The notes beneath the pieces are model-generated. The model did no database searches and had not been told where the DNA came from. It was given only the letters and a program-made list of their open reading frames with translations. Positions 63,321 to 64,000 of a stretch of 64,000 bases of DNA are shown here, piece after piece. Position 1 is the stretch's first letter. Every line of letters starts with the position of its first letter. Origin of the DNA: an uncultured Synergistia bacterium (GTDB taxonomy: Bacteria; Synergistota; Synergistia; CAYRKT01); the NCBI GenBank assembly GCA_964425005.1, contig CAYRKT010000001.1:13644-77643 (forward strand), written 5' to 3'. A program made the translations under genes and the position numbers.

Positions 63321-64000
63321 GGCGACCTGGTTACCAAGAGGCTGGCCGGGAAGGACCTCAAGGCCCCGGCCAGCCTGACCGTCTTATCCATCAGCTCGTC
63401 CTCCGAGTAACAAATCCCGAAGTAGGAGGAGCCGCTTCCGCTCATGGCGTAGAGGGGGAACCCCGAGCCCTCGAGGGAACGCAGCACAAGGGCGTGCTCT
63501 TTAGGGTTCAAAGCCTCTGCCACCCTGTGGAAGGCGTTGGGCAAAAGCCCAAGGGCTTTCCTCTTCCTCACGGCGTCTACCAGGTTCCATGCCGCCGACA
63601 GGGCCTCCCCCTCAGGAGGAAAGGCTTGAGAGGAGAGCTCGTCCAGCAGGCGGTAGGACTCAGCGGTGGAGTAGCTGTAGCTCGGCAAGACGACGCAGAC
63701 GTACAGCGGAAACCCTATGGGGTCCTCGGCCACCAGGGCGTCCCCTCTCCCCACGGCCAGGGCGGACCTGAGCCCCCTGTAGAGGAAGAACACGTCGGCG
63801 CCGAGGGAGCGCGCCAGCTGGGACGAGACCTCCTCAAGCTTCTCCTCAGCTACGATAGGCGAAAGAAAGCGTTCCAGCAGCCTCAAGACCAGCGCCGCAT
63901 CGGCGGAGCCCCCCCCGAGACCGGAGCCAGGGGGTATGACCTTATGGAGGGAAAAGCTCCAGCCCATCTCCCCCAGGTCGAGGCACAAAGCCGAGGAGAA
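63317..64000 (-). CDS. ispE: 4-diphosphocytidyl-2-C-methyl-D-erythritol kinase, N-terminus beyond the window
   Basis: GHMP kinase motif (PPGSGLGGGSADAA). The ORF runs off the window end. Confidence 0.8.
   Translation of the reverse strand, partial: FSSALCLDLGEMGWSFSLHKVIPPGSGLGGGSADAALVLRLLERFLSPIVAEEKLEEVSSQLARSLGADVFFLYRGLRSALAVGRGDALVAEDPIGFPLYVCVVLPSYSYSTAESYRLLDELSSQAFPPEGEALSAAWNLVDAVRKRKALGLLPNAFHRVAEALNPKEHALVLRSLEGSGFPLYAMSGSGSSYFGICYSEDELMDKTVRLAGALRSFPASLLVTRSP

Overview
This is a gene-dense chromosomal window from a high-GC bacterium. Codon usage is strongly biased (AGG Arg, ATA Ile, GGG Gly). Gene content and a candidate Synergistetes-type C-terminal sorting signal suggest a Synergistota-like anaerobe, but that is inference only. 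Almost everything is on the + strand except the trp operon, gpsA, a degenerate-GGDEF gene, ccdA and ispE. Some recognised genes have no symbol given because the family, not the exact gene, was recognised.

Gene blocks, in order:
- a type IV pilus block (pilO/pilP-like genes and a pilQ secretin) followed by a secreted repeat protein
- efp, an Asp23-family gene, nusB
- a methionine-salvage and SAM-recycling trio (mtnA, ahcY, MTA/SAH deaminase)
- alaS, ruvX, mutS, mutL, miaA, ispH, rpsA, def, fmt, tightly packed
- a P-loop protein followed by a four-subunit 2-oxoacid:ferredoxin oxidoreductase
- a NUDIX hydrolase, a PfpI-family protein and a two-subunit class I fumarate hydratase
- a 10-gene succinate-to-propionate module: an AAE-family transporter, a CoA-transferase, a two-subunit B12 methylmalonyl-CoA mutase, MeaB, an epimerase and a four-subunit Na+-pumping methylmalonyl-CoA decarboxylase
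- an RpiB-Upp fusion ORF and a WecA-like transferase
- a complete trpEGDCFBA operon on the minus strand
- leuA, gpsA, a degenerate-GGDEF protein, a ccdA/tlpA redox pair, hpf, hypA, hypB, coaE
- a DHH-CBS-CCA fusion, an M50 protease, acylphosphatase, surE, archease-rtcB, and the start of ispE

The most interesting sequence-level feature is the 476-nt trpE-leuA intergenic region. It appears to hold two divergent sigma70-like promoters whose -35 hexamers overlap. The minus-strand side has a 19-codon leader ORF ending in three consecutive Trp codons, followed by a perfect GC-rich palindromic terminator just upstream of trpE. The plus-strand side has a 28-codon leader ORF with CTT-CTA-GGC-CTA leucine codons, followed by an intrinsic terminator just upstream of leuA.

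No CRISPR array, rRNA, tRNA or obvious mobile element was seen. Many long antisense or alternate-frame ORFs in the track are GC-driven artefacts. Coordinates of non-ORF elements were read by eye and may be off by 1-2 nt; in one stretch (about 45750-46160) my reading of the displayed text disagreed by 1 nt with the ORF track, and I followed the track.
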